Positions 39,872-51,995 are shown, counted from the stretch's first letter. The stretch is DNA of 64,000 nucleotides from an uncultured delta proteobacterium (GCA_963778655.1 CAVZVA010000003.1:96001-160000); one strand, 5' to 3'. A program made the numbers and translations. The notes: generated from the letters alone by a model not told the origin.

Positions 39872-41908
39872 ATGACATCAGCGTGGTTGCGAAATGGGCT
39901 TGCGGTGTGGGTGCTGGTCTCGGCGCTCGGCTGCGATCGTCCGGAAGGCGCGCAGTCCGGGGCAACCTCGCGGCTACCGGAAAGCGCGCCGACGGCGGGT
40001 CGCGCCGATCCGCAGTCCGGCAACCGGGCTGCCGGGTCCCGGGCCCCGGCCGACCCACTGGCCGCGCGCGACGATTTGCCGCCCGCGCGACGCGCGCTGA
40101 TCGTCGTCAACGGCGCCGAACGCTGGGTCGACGCGCAGGCGATCGAGGCGGCCGGCTACACGCTGGTGGATCTGCGGGACGACTGGACCCCCAGCATCTT
40201 CGCGCAGGAGCGGACGCCCGAGGGCGTGCCGCTGCCCAATCGCTATCGGCGCGTGCTGCTGGGGCTCGCCAACGATCGACTCGACAACGACGGGGAGCCG
40301 CTGGCACCGGGCGAGAAGAACTACCTAGAACTGTACGGGGTCTTTCCTTCGCTCTCGGTGCTGCGCGCGCGCTTCCTGCAGGACGCGACGCATCCCTGTC
40401 AGGACGAGCAGAGCGCATCGGCGCTCGAGGCGGTCGAGACCGTGAAGTACGTGCCGCCCGAGCGCGCGCGCCGCGAGGCGCAGCGGCTGGCCTGGGAGGT
40501 CAAGCAGCTCGAGAAGGCGCGCCGCCGCGCCAAGCTGGCGACGCTGCAGGAGCTGGCCGCCGCGCAGCCGAAGCTCGCCGCCAAGCTCGCCTTCGTGCAG
40601 AAGCGCCAGGCCGAGCAGACGGCGCTGGGCGCAGTGGAGAAACGGCTCGCGTGCGAGAAGCTGTTCCCCCTCGACAAGAAGCACACTCCCGGCGTGTACG
40701 ACGACGCGATGCGGCTGGCGGTGCGCCGCTTTCAGCAGAAGCAGATGATCTACGAGGCGAACTTCCTGCACCGGCGTACGGTGGACGCGCTCGCACGGCC
40801 CTTGTTGGACAATGACTACGACTCGCTGGTGCGCGCGCTGCGCGAGCGCGTGGTCTCCGCAGCCGGCATCATCGAGGACGGGACCGGCGGCACCAAGAGC
40901 CACCCAGTGCCCGATCTGGTCGAGCAGTACACGCAGATCGCGCTCCAGCAGCTCGGCCTTACCGATACCAAGGCTGCGCTGGCGTTCTTCCAGCGCCACC
41001 CGGCGGAGCAGTTCCGGACGTTGCAGGCGGCGATCAAGCTTCCGCCGCGACCCGAGTACTACTCGCCGAACATGGATCTCTCGATCGTCGTCGACCGCGG
41101 CGACGTCTGGTACGACCTGCCGTTCGGCCCGGACGGGCACTTCCGGCCGCGCGCGCGCAGTCGTTACCCCCATCTGATGTTGTTCGTGACCTACAACGGC
41201 GAACGCATCATGCTCGCGCGCTGGCGCACGACGATCGGCGGCTGGCGTGCGGAGCAGGCGACCAACGGCTACGAGTATTTCCGCTACAAGGGCTCCGACG
41301 TTGGGCCGCGGGTGATCCGGCAGGTGGTCTCCGGCCCGGTGTGGATCGCGCCCGAGTCGACCCCGATCCGCAGCCTGATCAAAGGCAAGACCGTGAACGG
41401 GCGGCGCACGGCGATCGTCAACTACGACGAGCTCGGGCCCGGCTATCTCTCGGCGTATGGCCTGGTGGCCGGCTACTTCGTAGTCCCGGGGCAGAACGGC
41501 CGCCCCGACTGGGACAACGGCGTGCGCGCGCACGGTTCCTCCGACTACCTCTCGATCTACAGCGCGAACGGCTACTCGCACGGCTGCCACAGGTTGCCGA
41601 ACCACATCGCGATCCGCCTGTATTCGTTCATCCTGGGGCATCGCACCAAGCAGGTGGCCGGCGATCAGCCGCTCAACTTCGCCCGCCAGTTCCTGAAGGG
41701 CAACACCGTCTACGAGATACGCATCCCGTCGCGCGGCTTCATGTACGTGCTGGATCCACCGCTGCCCGTGAACGTGCTCGAAGGCCGCATCAGGGGCGCG
41801 CAAAAGACGCCGATTCTCGGCTACGTGCCCAAGCCCGACACGGAATACCCACCGGGCCCGCCGCCGCCGGTGCCCAACAGTCCGGAAGCCAAGGCCGGGG
41901 AGGAGTGA
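39872..41908 (+). CDS. L,D-transpeptidase (YkuD) lipoprotein with a peptidoglycan-binding domain
   Basis: ALGC lipobox; AVRRFQ PG-binding motif; AHGSSDY...SHGCHRL catalytic motif. Confidence 0.88.
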   Translation: MTSAWLRNGLAVWVLVSALGCDRPEGAQSGATSRLPESAPTAGRADPQSGNRAAGSRAPADPLAARDDLPPARRALIVVNGAERWVDAQAIEAAGYTLVDLRDDWTPSIFAQERTPEGVPLPNRYRRVLLGLANDRLDNDGEPLAPGEKNYLELYGVFPSLSVLRARFLQDATHPCQDEQSASALEAVETVKYVPPERARREAQRLAWEVKQLEKARRRAKLATLQELAAAQPKLAAKLAFVQKRQAEQTALGAVEKRLACEKLFPLDKKHTPGVYDDAMRLAVRRFQQKQMIYEANFLHRRTVDALARPLLDNDYDSLVRALRERVVSAAGIIEDGTGGTKSHPVPDLVEQYTQIALQQLGLTDTKAALAFFQRHPAEQFRTLQAAIKLPPRPEYYSPNMDLSIVVDRGDVWYDLPFGPDGHFRPRARSRYPHLMLFVTYNGERIMLARWRTTIGGWRAEQATNGYEYFRYKGSDVGPRVIRQVVSGPVWIAPESTPIRSLIKGKTVNGRRTAIVNYDELGPGYLSAYGLVAGYFVVPGQNGRPDWDNGVRAHGSSDYLSIYSANGYSHGCHRLPNHIAIRLYSFILGHRTKQVAGDQPLNFARQFLKGNTVYEIRIPSRGFMYVLDPPLPVNVLEGRIRGAQKTPILGYVPKPDTEYPPGPPPPVPNSPEAKAGEE

Positions 41909-41913
41909 CGACC

Positions 41914-42615
41914 ATGGCCAAACCCGAACGCCGCAGTATGCTCCCGCGCGCCCGGCGTGCCGCCATCGGCGGCGCGCTGGTGCTGGCCGCCGCCGCGACT
42001 GGCATCGGCTGGCAGCTGTCGAACGCGCGCGCGACGCCGCCGGAGAGAGCGCCGAGCCCAGCGGCGGCGGCGAGCACGCCGGTGGCGGCGAGCACGCCGG
42101 GCGCGGCCGCGCCCGCACCGGCCGGCAGCCCGACCGCTGCGCCGGACGGTGGCAGCGCGGCGAACTCCACGACCGCGCGGATCGAGTTCTCGACCGTGCC
42201 GGGCGCGTACGCCAGCGTGACCTGGGGTAGCAAGCTGCTCGGGCGCATCGCCCCGCACCGACCGCTGGTGGTGGTACGTCCTCGCGACAGCGGTCCGCTC
42301 GACGTGATCGTGCGCGCGCATGGTTTCTTGCCGGTCCACACGCGCGCTCACACCTTCGCGGACTCCAAGGTCGAGGTGAAGCTGACGCGCCCCGAGGACA
42401 AGAATACCCTGTTCGGGTATCGCGAGCCGCTCGACGCCGGCGTGCCCGACGCGGGCGCCCTGGCGCTGCCCCCTGGCATGACCGGGCAGCCCTTCCCGCA
42501 AGCAGGCCAGAACCAACAGCCGCCGCCCGCGCTGCAGCCGCAACCGCCGCCCGCGCTGCAGCCGCAACCGCCGCCCGCGCTGCAGCCGCAACCACCGCCC
42601 GCGCTGCAACGCTAG
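41914..42615 (+). CDS. Membrane-anchored hypothetical protein with a Pro/Gln repeat tail
   Basis: One TM, an Ala/Pro linker, a beta-rich RPRDSGPLD domain; GGAGG RBS, coupled to the transpeptidase gene. Confidence 0.75.
   Translation: MAKPERRSMLPRARRAAIGGALVLAAAATGIGWQLSNARATPPERAPSPAAAASTPVAASTPGAAAPAPAGSPTAAPDGGSAANSTTARIEFSTVPGAYASVTWGSKLLGRIAPHRPLVVVRPRDSGPLDVIVRAHGFLPVHTRAHTFADSKVEVKLTRPEDKNTLFGYREPLDAGVPDAGALALPPGMTGQPFPQAGQNQQPPPALQPQPPPALQPQPPPALQPQPPPALQR
42517..42612 (+). repeat. 24-bp tandem repeat x4 (QPPPALQP)
   Basis: Four copies of CAACCGCCGCCCGCGCTGCAGCCG with minor variants, ending at the stop codon. Confidence 0.9.
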
Positions 42616-42623
42616 CGCGCGCG

Positions 42624-42645
42624 GCTTCGCGAAACCTCGCGAAGC
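42624..42645. terminator. 9-bp-stem hairpin after the gene at 41914-42615
   Basis: GCTTCGCGA-aacc-TCGCGAAGC, 8 nt after the stop; no U-tract. Confidence 0.4.
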
Positions 42646-42698
42646 GCCTCACGGTCAAGTAGAGATACTCGGACCCAGCGCGACCGGAGGCGTCGTCC

Positions 42699-43688
42699 AT
42701 GCCGCAAATCGAGGTCGAGGGGCTACAGAAGGTATTCCACGTGGCCGAGCGCGAGCCCGGCACGTTCGGGGCACTGCGCGGCCTGCTGCGACGCCGCGAG
42801 CGCGAGGTACGCGCGCTCGATGCGCTCTCGTTCGCGGTCGAGCAGGGAGAGCTGCTCGGCTGTATCGGGCCCAACGGCGCGGGCAAGTCGACCACGATCA
42901 AGATCCTCTCCGGCATCCTGGTGCCCAGCGCGGGGCGTTGCGTGGTCGACGGCGTCGTGCCGTGGCGGGACCGCATGCGGCACGTCGCCAACATCGGCGT
43001 GGTGTTCGGGCAGCGCACGCAGCTGTTCTGGGACCTGCCCGTGATCGAGTCCTTCGAGCTGCTGCGCGACATCTATCGCGTGCCGGCCGCCGACTATCGG
43101 AGGACGCTGGACGAGATCGTCGGGCTGCTCGAGCTGTCGTCGCTGCTCGACACGCCCACGCGCCAGCTCAGCCTGGGGCAGCGCATGCGTTGCGACCTCG
43201 GCGCGGCCCTGCTGCACCGGCCGCGCCTGCTGCTCCTGGACGAGCCCACGATCGGGCTCGACGCCGTGTCCAAGCTGGCGGTGCGACGCTTCATCGCCGA
43301 GCTCAACCGCGCCCGCGGCGTGACCGTGCTGCTGACCACGCACGACCTCGACGACATCGAGACGCTATGCCGGCGCGTGATGGTGATCGCACAAGGAAGG
43401 CTGGTGGTGGACAGCACGCTGCAGGCGCTGCGACGGCGCCACGGCAACACGCGCCGCCTGCACGTGCACCTGGCGCGGCCCTGCGCGGTGCACGAGCTCG
43501 ACCGGCCGCATCTGCTCGAGCACACCGCCGACTCGATCGTGCTGCAGTTCGATCCGGAGCTGATCGCCTCCCCGGCGCTGATCGGGTCGGTGACCCAGCG
43601 CTACCCGGTGCGCGACCTGCTGGTGGAGACGCCGAAGATCGAGGAGCTGGTGGCGCGGCTGTACCGCGAGGAAGGCGGGCCGCGATGA
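42699..43688 (+). CDS. ABC-2-type exporter ATP-binding protein
   Basis: GPNGAGKST, VVFGQRTQL, LSLGQRMR and LDEPTIGLD. Confidence 0.93.
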   Translation: MPQIEVEGLQKVFHVAEREPGTFGALRGLLRRREREVRALDALSFAVEQGELLGCIGPNGAGKSTTIKILSGILVPSAGRCVVDGVVPWRDRMRHVANIGVVFGQRTQLFWDLPVIESFELLRDIYRVPAADYRRTLDEIVGLLELSSLLDTPTRQLSLGQRMRCDLGAALLHRPRLLLLDEPTIGLDAVSKLAVRRFIAELNRARGVTVLLTTHDLDDIETLCRRVMVIAQGRLVVDSTLQALRRRHGNTRRLHVHLARPCAVHELDRPHLLEHTADSIVLQFDPELIASPALIGSVTQRYPVRDLLVETPKIEELVARLYREEGGPR

Positions 43689-43999
43689 GCGCGCTGCCGC
43701 CTTCACTGGTCAACGTCCCCAACCGCGACTACTGGCTGGTGCCCGAGCGCATGGCCGAGGTGCAGCGCAAGCTGCAGCGCTTCGGCGACTGGCTCGCGGT
43801 TGGGCTGACCGCGTTCCTGGTGGCGACGCTCGAGCCGGTGCTGAGGGCCAACCTGACGCGCACGCCGCTCGCAGGCGGTGTGCTGACGGTCATGCTGGTT
43901 CTGCTCGTCGCCGGCCAGGGGCTGTCGATCGCGCTGCTGATCCGCTCGTTCGCGCGCCCCAGACCGGGCGAGCCCGGCAGCCGTAGAGGGCCAAGCTGA
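43685..43999 (+). CDS. Small 2-TM membrane protein resembling the C-terminal half of DUF1648-type proteins
   Basis: ATGA overlap with the ABC gene; [19 protein letters not shown] followed by two hydrophobic helices. Confidence 0.55.
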   Translation: MSALPPSLVNVPNRDYWLVPERMAEVQRKLQRFGDWLAVGLTAFLVATLEPVLRANLTRTPLAGGVLTVMLVLLVAGQGLSIALLIRSFARPRPGEPGSRRGPS

Positions 44000-44057
44000 T
44001 CGGCGGCTCGCACGGCTGAGCCGAATCGATCGCTCTTGTTCGGAGCCACGGCGGTGT

Positions 44058-46145
44058 ATGGTTCGGGCCGCGATGCGCGCGCCGTTCGCCGCCTTTGCGT
44101 TGGGCTTTGCGCTGGCCGAGGCCTGTGTCACGGCCGCCGCCGCCGCCGCCGCCGGCCGCGCGCTCGGGCCCTGTGCGCTGGCCGCGCTTGCGGCCCTCGC
44201 CACCTTGCTGCTATGCGCGGGCGGCGCGGCCTGGCTGCTCGACCTCTTGCTGCGCAGCGCCGGCGCGCGCTCGCTCGCGCGCGGATTGCACGAGGCGCTG
44301 GCGAGCTCCGGCAGCGTGTCGCTGGCGTGGGTGTGCGGCGGCGCGGGGCTCGGCCTCTCGGCAGCAGGGGTGCTGCTGCTGGCGCCGGCGTGGATGCCGC
44401 ACCTGTCGGAGCGCTTCGGGCTCGCCGCCACGGTGGGTGCCACGCTGGTGTTCGCGTTGAGCGCGCTGCCGGCGGCCGCGGGGTTGGGGCATCGGCTCGG
44501 GCGCCGGCTGCGGCCCACAACCCCGCTGCAGCATGCGCTCGATCGCTGCCTCGCGCCTTGTCTACTCGGGGCCGCGCTCACGCTCGGCGCCTGCGTGTGG
44601 GCGGCGCAGGCGCGTTACGCCGCCGCGCCGGCGGGCGGCTGCGCCGCGCTCGCGCTCAGCCTATGGGGTCCATGGCGCGCGTGGCAGCGCGCCCGCCTGC
44701 CGGCGGCGCTGCTGCTCGCCAGCGCGGCGGCGGTCGCGGGCGTCGACGCGCTGCCGCCGGCCGCCGCCGACGTGCTCGCTTACCGTACGCCCTACGCGTC
44801 GCTCGCGCTCGGGCTGGGCTCGCGGCTTTGGGACGCGGACGGCGACGGCGCGGGCGTGATCCTGCTCGGACGCGATTGCAACGACCACGACCCCAATGTG
44901 CACCCGGGCGCGCTCGACGTGCCGGGCAACGGCATCGACGAGAACTGCAATGGCAGCGACGCGGTGACGTTCGTGCCACCCAGGCGTCCCAAGAGCCCGC
45001 GCGTGGCCGAGCCACACGACCTGGTGGTGCTGTTCGTCGATGCGCTGCGGCCCGACCATCTCTCGCTCGCGGGGTACAAGCGCAAGACCTCGCCCGTGCT
45101 CGACGCGTTTGCCCGCGAAGCCACCTGGTTTCGCCGCGCGTACACCACCGCGCCCAGCACCCGCTTCGCGATGGCCTCCCTGTTCACCGGCCGCGACGTG
45201 CGGCGCCTGCGCTATCACAGCAAGGGCGGCAACGATTTCACGCTCGATGGACACGCGCCGACCGTGGCCCGCAGGCTCGCACGCGCCGGCTACCGCACGG
45301 TCGGCCTGACCGTGTCGTACGTGCTGGAGCACAACCGCGGCACCGGCCAGGGCTTCCAGGTCTGGCGCACCCCGTGGCCGACGCGGCGCTGGAAGGCGGC
45401 GCAGGGTCGCGAGGCCACGCTCACCACCAAGGCGGCCCTCTCCGAGCTCAGCCGGACGCCGGTGGACAAGCCGCTATTTCTGTTCGCGCACTACTACTGC
45501 ACGCACGATCCTTACCACAAGTATCTGCACCACGACTTCGGCGACGCGGCGATCGACCTCTACGACAGCGGGATCGCCGAGTGCGATGCGCAGATCGGGC
45601 GCGTGCTCGCGGCGCTGCGCGCGCGGCCGCGCTGGGACCGCACCGCGGTCTTCGTGGTCTCCGACCACGGGGAGCTGTTCGGCGAGCATGGCCTGAGCAA
45701 CCACGGCAACTCCCTGTACGAAAGCGACGTACGCACGCTGCTGCTGGCGCGGGTGCCGGGAGCGCGCGCGCGGGTGATCGACGCGCCGGTGCAGCTCGAC
45801 TGGGTCGCGCCCACGCTGCTCGAGCTGGCCACTTTGCGTCCCGACCGCGGGCAGGACGCCTGGAGCTTGCTTCCGGCGTTGCTACAGGACGGCAAGCCCG
45901 CGACCCGCCCGCTGTTCATGCTCACCGAGCTCGAACGCGGGAGCGTGCACTACCACGCCAGCGCCGTGCTCGACTGGCCGTACAAGCTGATCCGCGACGA
46001 CCGCACGCAGTCGCTCGAGCTCTACGACGTGGCCCGCGATCCGAGCGAGCGCCGCTCGTTGATCTACCGGAAGCCGGCGCTGCGCGGCCGCCTGGCCGAG
46101 CTGCTCGAAGCCTACGAGTCCTGGGTACGGACGGCGCGGCGCTGA
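44058..46145 (+). CDS. Membrane sulfatase-like hydrolase/transferase with a MopE-like metal-binding motif
   Basis: Multiple TMs; [37 protein letters not shown] and SDHGE. Confidence 0.85.
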   Translation: MVRAAMRAPFAAFALGFALAEACVTAAAAAAAGRALGPCALAALAALATLLLCAGGAAWLLDLLLRSAGARSLARGLHEALASSGSVSLAWVCGGAGLGLSAAGVLLLAPAWMPHLSERFGLAATVGATLVFALSALPAAAGLGHRLGRRLRPTTPLQHALDRCLAPCLLGAALTLGACVWAAQARYAAAPAGGCAALALSLWGPWRAWQRARLPAALLLASAAAVAGVDALPPAAADVLAYRTPYASLALGLGSRLWDADGDGAGVILLGRDCNDHDPNVHPGALDVPGNGIDENCNGSDAVTFVPPRRPKSPRVAEPHDLVVLFVDALRPDHLSLAGYKRKTSPVLDAFAREATWFRRAYTTAPSTRFAMASLFTGRDVRRLRYHSKGGNDFTLDGHAPTVARRLARAGYRTVGLTVSYVLEHNRGTGQGFQVWRTPWPTRRWKAAQGREATLTTKAALSELSRTPVDKPLFLFAHYYCTHDPYHKYLHHDFGDAAIDLYDSGIAECDAQIGRVLAALRARPRWDRTAVFVVSDHGELFGEHGLSNHGNSLYESDVRTLLLARVPGARARVIDAPVQLDWVAPTLLELATLRPDRGQDAWSLLPALLQDGKPATRPLFMLTELERGSVHYHASAVLDWPYKLIRDDRTQSLELYDVARDPSERRSLIYRKPALRGRLAELLEAYESWVRTARR

Positions 46146-46163
46146 AGCGCGGGGCGTGCACCG

Positions 46164-47240
<1,077 letters not shown>

Positions 47241-47432
47241 GGCCGTGCCGCTGCCCGAGTATGTCACGAGGGACCCGGGCGGGCGAGTTCGGGCGGCGCC
47301 GACTGGTCAGAAGGCCGGGCAACACCAGCCGCGAAGGCGCGGGGGAGCGCGCTTCCGCTGCCCGGAGCCTGTGACCTCGATCGCAGAGCGGGTCCTGGGG
47401 TTGGATACGCAAGCGGCGCACCCTAGCCCAAT

Positions 47433-48308
47433 TCAGCTCGCCACGGGCCGCCGCGCGCGCGGGAACAACGACGGCAGCGCGAGCTTGCGAGTGGCCTTGT
47501 CCCGGTACAGCTCGTCATCGGCGGCGGCCAGCAGCGCCGGCCCGCTCATGCACGGCCGGCGCGTCACGGCAACGCCCACGCTCACCCCCAGGCTGAGCCC
47601 TCTGCCGGGGACCCGCGCCAGCCTGGCGCGGATGCGATCGCCGATCGCGCGTGCCTCCTCGGCTCCAGTCTCGGGCAACATGAGCGCGAATTCGTCGCCA
47701 CCGATCCGCGCCACCAGGTCCACCTCGCGCGTTATCTCCCGCGCCGCGCGCGCGACGAGCCGAAGCGCCTGATCGCCTGCCGCGTGGCTGAGCGTGTCGT
47801 TGATCGCCTTGAAGTCGTCGATATCGAGCATCAGGACCGCGAGCGGCTTGCCCGAGCGCTGGCTCCTGGACAGCTCTCGGCGCAACGCTTCGCCAAAGGC
47901 CCGGCGGTTCGCGACGCCGGTCAGCGAATCGGTGGTCGCCAGCCGCTTCATTCGCTGCAGCTCGTCCGTGCGCGTCAGCAGTGTCGCGATGTGCGGCTCC
48001 AGCTGCGAGCGTTCGGAGCCGAGCAGCGCGCGCAGGTGGGAGGCACAGCGCTGAGCATCCTCGGGCTCGGTAGCGTGAATCAGCGCCAGCAGCGCGCCAA
48101 GATCGGTCGCGTCGAGCGTGAACGCCGGCTCCCCGGCTGCGCGTTGCGCCCCGATGTCAGGCTTGAGCGACCGGCGGCCAGCGGAGTGGGTAGAAAGCCT
48201 ACCTGCAAGCTCACGCGTGCAGGATTTTCGCGGCTGGCGCAGGAGCTGCGTCGACGCGGTGGTTGGGTCGAGGAATGTGGCTGCGCTGCGGACCATCTGG
48301 GCCCTCAA
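47433..48308 (-). CDS. Diguanylate cyclase (GGDEF)
   Basis: TDSLTGVANRR, DIDDFK and RIGGDEF; start is uncertain. Confidence 0.88.
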   Translation of the reverse strand: MRAQMVRSAATFLDPTTASTQLLRQPRKSCTRELAGRLSTHSAGRRSLKPDIGAQRAAGEPAFTLDATDLGALLALIHATEPEDAQRCASHLRALLGSERSQLEPHIATLLTRTDELQRMKRLATTDSLTGVANRRAFGEALRRELSRSQRSGKPLAVLMLDIDDFKAINDTLSHAAGDQALRLVARAAREITREVDLVARIGGDEFALMLPETGAEEARAIGDRIRARLARVPGRGLSLGVSVGVAVTRRPCMSGPALLAAADDELYRDKATRKLALPSLFPRARRPVAS

Positions 48309-48453
48309 CCAAGGATCAGAGCAAGAATCGGACCGTGCTCACGGCGCAGCGATCGAGCTTGATCAGCCGCAAGGAAACCAAGAGCAAACTAGTCGGCATC
48401 GGTCGGAAATCCGGAACGGATTTGCGAACCGAGGTACTAGTTTCTAGTGAGCC

Positions 48454-49515
48454 CTATTGCACATCGAGCCGGTAGGCGCTCCAACCCACGCCGCCACGGT
48501 CGTCTCGGATCACCACCCACAGCCGCACCTCGCCCTTGTGCTTGGGCGCGGTCCAGGTGTTGTCGCTGAAGCTGGTCTTGGCTTCGCTCTCGGCGCGTCC
48601 GGTGCGGTCGTGGTCGAAGTCGCCGTCGGTCGCGAACCACGAGACGCGGATCGCCTCGCGGCGGTGAACCAGCGCGTGCTTGATCGGATCGAGCTCCAGG
48701 TACGGCTCCGATCCGGTGCAGCCCCTGGGGCTAGAGCCGGAGCAGTCGTCACAGCTCTTGTCCTCACCGGGGCTGCAGATGCCGTCTCCGCACTCGGCCG
48801 TGGCCGGGCACGCGATCCAGCTCGCGCGCAGGGTCAGCGCCTTGCCCGCCGACACCGCTAGCGGATCGCCGTCTCCGTCGCCGGGGACGGTCTGATCGGG
48901 CTTGCCGCGCAGCACCAGGGAATCGAGCGCGGGGTTTTCGTTGGGCTGGTGCTGGCTCTGGTACTCGCTGGATTGCTCTTGCGTCGCGTTGGCGAGATTG
49001 CAGTTGAGGCGCGTCACCCCAACCGCGTACTGGTCATGGCCCTCGATCCTGGCGAGCACCCGCACCGGCTGATAGTAGCCGCCGGTGGTGTCCGGATCGG
49101 CGGGACGCGTTGCCGGCTCGCCCATCTTGGGAGCCGGTGGATTGGGTCCGAACACGCGGCACACGTCCGCCGGCAGCTTGCCCTTGGGCTGCGCGCCGCC
49201 TTCGATCGGCGTCAAGGAGTCCGCGCTCTTGGTCAGGCAGCCAATCGCGATCGGTCCGGTGACCGCCAGCGGCTTGCGCTCGTTGCACAGCGCCCAGTCG
49301 AGCCCCGCCGGGTCGACCGGCCCGTCGAGCCCCACGTACAGCGCCTCGTATTGCACGCTGGCGCCGGCCTTGGTCTCGGCGGGAACGGAGCGCACGGCGA
49401 GCACGCGGTCGCCATCGACCAGCGAAGGGCGGCCTTCGAGCTTGGGCTTGCAACCGGCACACAGCAGCAGCGCCCAGAGCGCGCACAGGGCATAGCCGAT
49501 GCCGCGGCTCACCAT
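48454..49515 (-). CDS. Cys-containing lipoprotein, last gene of the TonB operon
   Basis: LLLCAGC lipobox; RVLAVRSVP, DTTGGYYQP and WVVIRDDRGGVGW; overlaps the receptor stop. Confidence 0.8.
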   Translation of the reverse strand: MVSRGIGYALCALWALLLCAGCKPKLEGRPSLVDGDRVLAVRSVPAETKAGASVQYEALYVGLDGPVDPAGLDWALCNERKPLAVTGPIAIGCLTKSADSLTPIEGGAQPKGKLPADVCRVFGPNPPAPKMGEPATRPADPDTTGGYYQPVRVLARIEGHDQYAVGVTRLNCNLANATQEQSSEYQSQHQPNENPALDSLVLRGKPDQTVPGDGDGDPLAVSAGKALTLRASWIACPATAECGDGICSPGEDKSCDDCSGSSPRGCTGSEPYLELDPIKHALVHRREAIRVSWFATDGDFDHDRTGRAESEAKTSFSDNTWTAPKHKGEVRLWVVIRDDRGGVGWSAYRLDVQ

Positions 49516-51995
49516 GTCAGCTTGGCTCCCAGCACGGGCAGGATCGGCAGGCCGGTGATGTACGATTTCTTCGAGTAGTCGAAGTTGTACACGATCTCCT
49601 CCGGGTTGGGATGATCGGTCATGTTCTGCACGTCGAGGTAGAGCTCGAGGCCGGCGTCCTTGCCGAAGCGAAAGCGCTTGGAGAGGCGGGCATCGAGCTC
49701 GTAGAAGGCCGGGATGCGCAGTGAATTGTGCGCGCCGAACACCGGCTCGAAGGAGTCGGTGCGCGCGTCGTAGAGCGCTTGCAGCACGGGCGTACGCGGG
49801 TAGCCCGTGGAGTAGCGGAAGCGCACGCCGACCTCGAAGCCCAAGCCGAGGTCGTAAGACGCCAGCGCGGTGAACACGTGCGTCTGATCGAAGTCGAAGG
49901 GCCGGTAGCTGCGGCTGCCACCGTCTGTGCGCTGGCTGCGCACCAGGCTGTAGCTGAGCCAACCGAAGAAGCGGTCGGTCAGCTCGTGGCGCAACAGAAA
50001 CTGTACGCCGTAGGCGCGCCCGCGCCCGTCCTGGATCAAAGCCTGGGCCACGACCGGCGTGGGCAGCGGGCTGCGGGTTACGAGGTCCCGCTGCTGCGAC
50101 AGGAAGCTCGTCACCTCGAGCGAAATCGCCTGGGTGAAGCGCAGGTTCGCGCCCACCAGATACTGCAGCGCCTTGCCGGGTCCCAGCGTCGGATTGCCGA
50201 ACACCGCGCTCAGGTCCTCGGCCAGCGGCGGCTGATGGTAGATGCCCACCGCGCCGCGAATGCCGATCGCATCGGTGATGGCCCAGCGCGCGGCGAAGCG
50301 CGGCTCGACGTAGGTGTCCTCGCGCTCGGTTCCGGCTGAGGGGACGTCGGCCTTGGTCACGGTCTTCTTGCTCGCCCGCACCACCGAGGGCTCGATGCGC
50401 ACGCCCGGGATCAGATGCACGCTGCCCTTGGCCAGCGCGATGTCCGCCTGCCCAAAGGGCGCGACGCCGGCGACGGTCGTGCTCCAGTGGTCGGCGTTGA
50501 CCTGATCGCTCGGAGCCTGCCCGAACACCAGGATATCGCCCTCCCGCGGAGGCGAGGTGACGGCGCCCGAGCGACTCAGCGTGGCGGTGGTCACCTCGGC
50601 GTCGATGCCGGCCTGCACGCCGATCCAATCGCTGGGATGGCCGTCCCAGGCGGTGCGCAGCCCGAACACGCGGGCGTCGTCGCGCAGCTCGGCCGGAACC
50701 GCCCCGAACACACTGGCCAGCTTGGAATGGTCCAGGCCGAAGAACGGCGTCGCGGTCACCATGCTGCCGTCGTCGAGCCGGCGCTGGTAGCGCAGGTAGA
50801 CGCGCTCGAAGCCGGTCGACTTGCTGTCGCTCTTGGTGTCGGCCGGGTCGGCCTGCACCACCGTGCGGCTGATGTGATCGGAGGAGAGCAGCCCGCCGAG
50901 CTCGACCTTCTCGCCTTCGCGCGGCGTCCACGCGGCGCGCAACTGACTGTCCCAGTAGCGGGGGATCGGCACGATCGCGCCGACGTCGCGCGAGGTCGCG
51001 CGCGCCAGCACCCAGTCGAGGTTGCTGCGGCGCAGCGCGCCGGCGAAGTGAAAGTCCTTGCCGATCGGACCGCGCACGCTGGCGGCCGCGTCGATCGCGT
51101 CGGCCGAGAGGCTGCCGTGATAGCTGTCGTCCTCGAGCGGCTTGAGGCCGACGGTCACCAGACCGCCCAGACCGCGGCCGTGCGGCGCGCCGTAGCCGCC
51201 CGGCTCGAGCTCCACGCTCTGCACCAGGTCCGAGTGGATCACCGAGCGGAAGCCGCCCTCGTGATACAGCAGCGGGATGTGCACGTCGTCGACGTAGACG
51301 CGCGTGTCGGCCGTGCCCGAGCCCCACACCACCAGCGCGCTCGACCCCACGCTCGAGCGCGCCACGCCCGGCAGGTTCTCGACCACCTTGATCACGTCGC
51401 CGCCCGTGCCCGCCACGCGCGCGCCTTGCTCGGCGCTGACCGAGGTCGCGGCCACCGACTTGCGCAGGCCGCCCGTGTCCACGATCACAACCTCGAAGTC
51501 GACCTGATCGCCCTCGTCCGCCTGCTCGGGTTGCGGCTCGACCTCGTAGGCGGCGTCGTACTTCTGGCCCGCGGTCAGCGTCTCCTGGGTGCCGGTGGGC
51601 GCGAACCCGCTGCCCGACAGCATCACGCTGTGCGTGCCGGGGGCGACGTCGGCGAAGTGAAAGCGGCCTTGCGCGTCGGTGGTGGTCGCGGCGTCGGCGA
51701 GCTCGACGGTGACGTCCGGCAGCGGCTTGCCGGTGCTGTGGTCGAGCACCACGCCGTCGAAGATCGCAGTGCTCGCGGGCGCGGGCGCGGGCGCGGGCGC
51801 GGAGGCGGGCGCGGGCGCGGCTGTGGCCGGGGCGGCGGGCTGCGTGGCCGAGGACACCGCTTCGGGCGCGGGCGTGGCCGTCGCGCTGGCGGGGGCCGCC
51901 CCCGGCGCGACGGGCGCAGCTTGCCCCGCCGACGTCGCTGCCCAGCTCGTCAGCGCTGCCGCCGACAAGGCGGCGATGCGACCGCGTAAGCTCAT
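49509..51995 (-). CDS. TonB-dependent receptor with an N-terminal carboxypeptidase-regulatory-like domain
   Basis: Signal peptide; plug ENLPGVAR...PGGYGAPHGRGLGG; beta-barrel ending LGAKLTW. Confidence 0.92.
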   Translation of the reverse strand: MSLRGRIAALSAAALTSWAATSAGQAAPVAPGAAPASATATPAPEAVSSATQPAAPATAAPAPASAPAPAPAPASTAIFDGVVLDHSTGKPLPDVTVELADAATTTDAQGRFHFADVAPGTHSVMLSGSGFAPTGTQETLTAGQKYDAAYEVEPQPEQADEGDQVDFEVVIVDTGGLRKSVAATSVSAEQGARVAGTGGDVIKVVENLPGVARSSVGSSALVVWGSGTADTRVYVDDVHIPLLYHEGGFRSVIHSDLVQSVELEPGGYGAPHGRGLGGLVTVGLKPLEDDSYHGSLSADAIDAAASVRGPIGKDFHFAGALRRSNLDWVLARATSRDVGAIVPIPRYWDSQLRAAWTPREGEKVELGGLLSSDHISRTVVQADPADTKSDSKSTGFERVYLRYQRRLDDGSMVTATPFFGLDHSKLASVFGAVPAELRDDARVFGLRTAWDGHPSDWIGVQAGIDAEVTTATLSRSGAVTSPPREGDILVFGQAPSDQVNADHWSTTVAGVAPFGQADIALAKGSVHLIPGVRIEPSVVRASKKTVTKADVPSAGTEREDTYVEPRFAARWAITDAIGIRGAVGIYHQPPLAEDLSAVFGNPTLGPGKALQYLVGANLRFTQAISLEVTSFLSQQRDLVTRSPLPTPVVAQALIQDGRGRAYGVQFLLRHELTDRFFGWLSYSLVRSQRTDGGSRSYRPFDFDQTHVFTALASYDLGLGFEVGVRFRYSTGYPRTPVLQALYDARTDSFEPVFGAHNSLRIPAFYELDARLSKRFRFGKDAGLELYLDVQNMTDHPNPEEIVYNFDYSKKSYITGLPILPVLGAKLTW

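Noticed and set aside
48454..51327. 957-aa ORF as a single protein (similarly 18439-20703, 26084-27550, 35627-37333, 53873-55666)
   Set aside because: The upstream portions are off-frame overlaps; the real genes start at internal RBS- or overlap-coupled codons.
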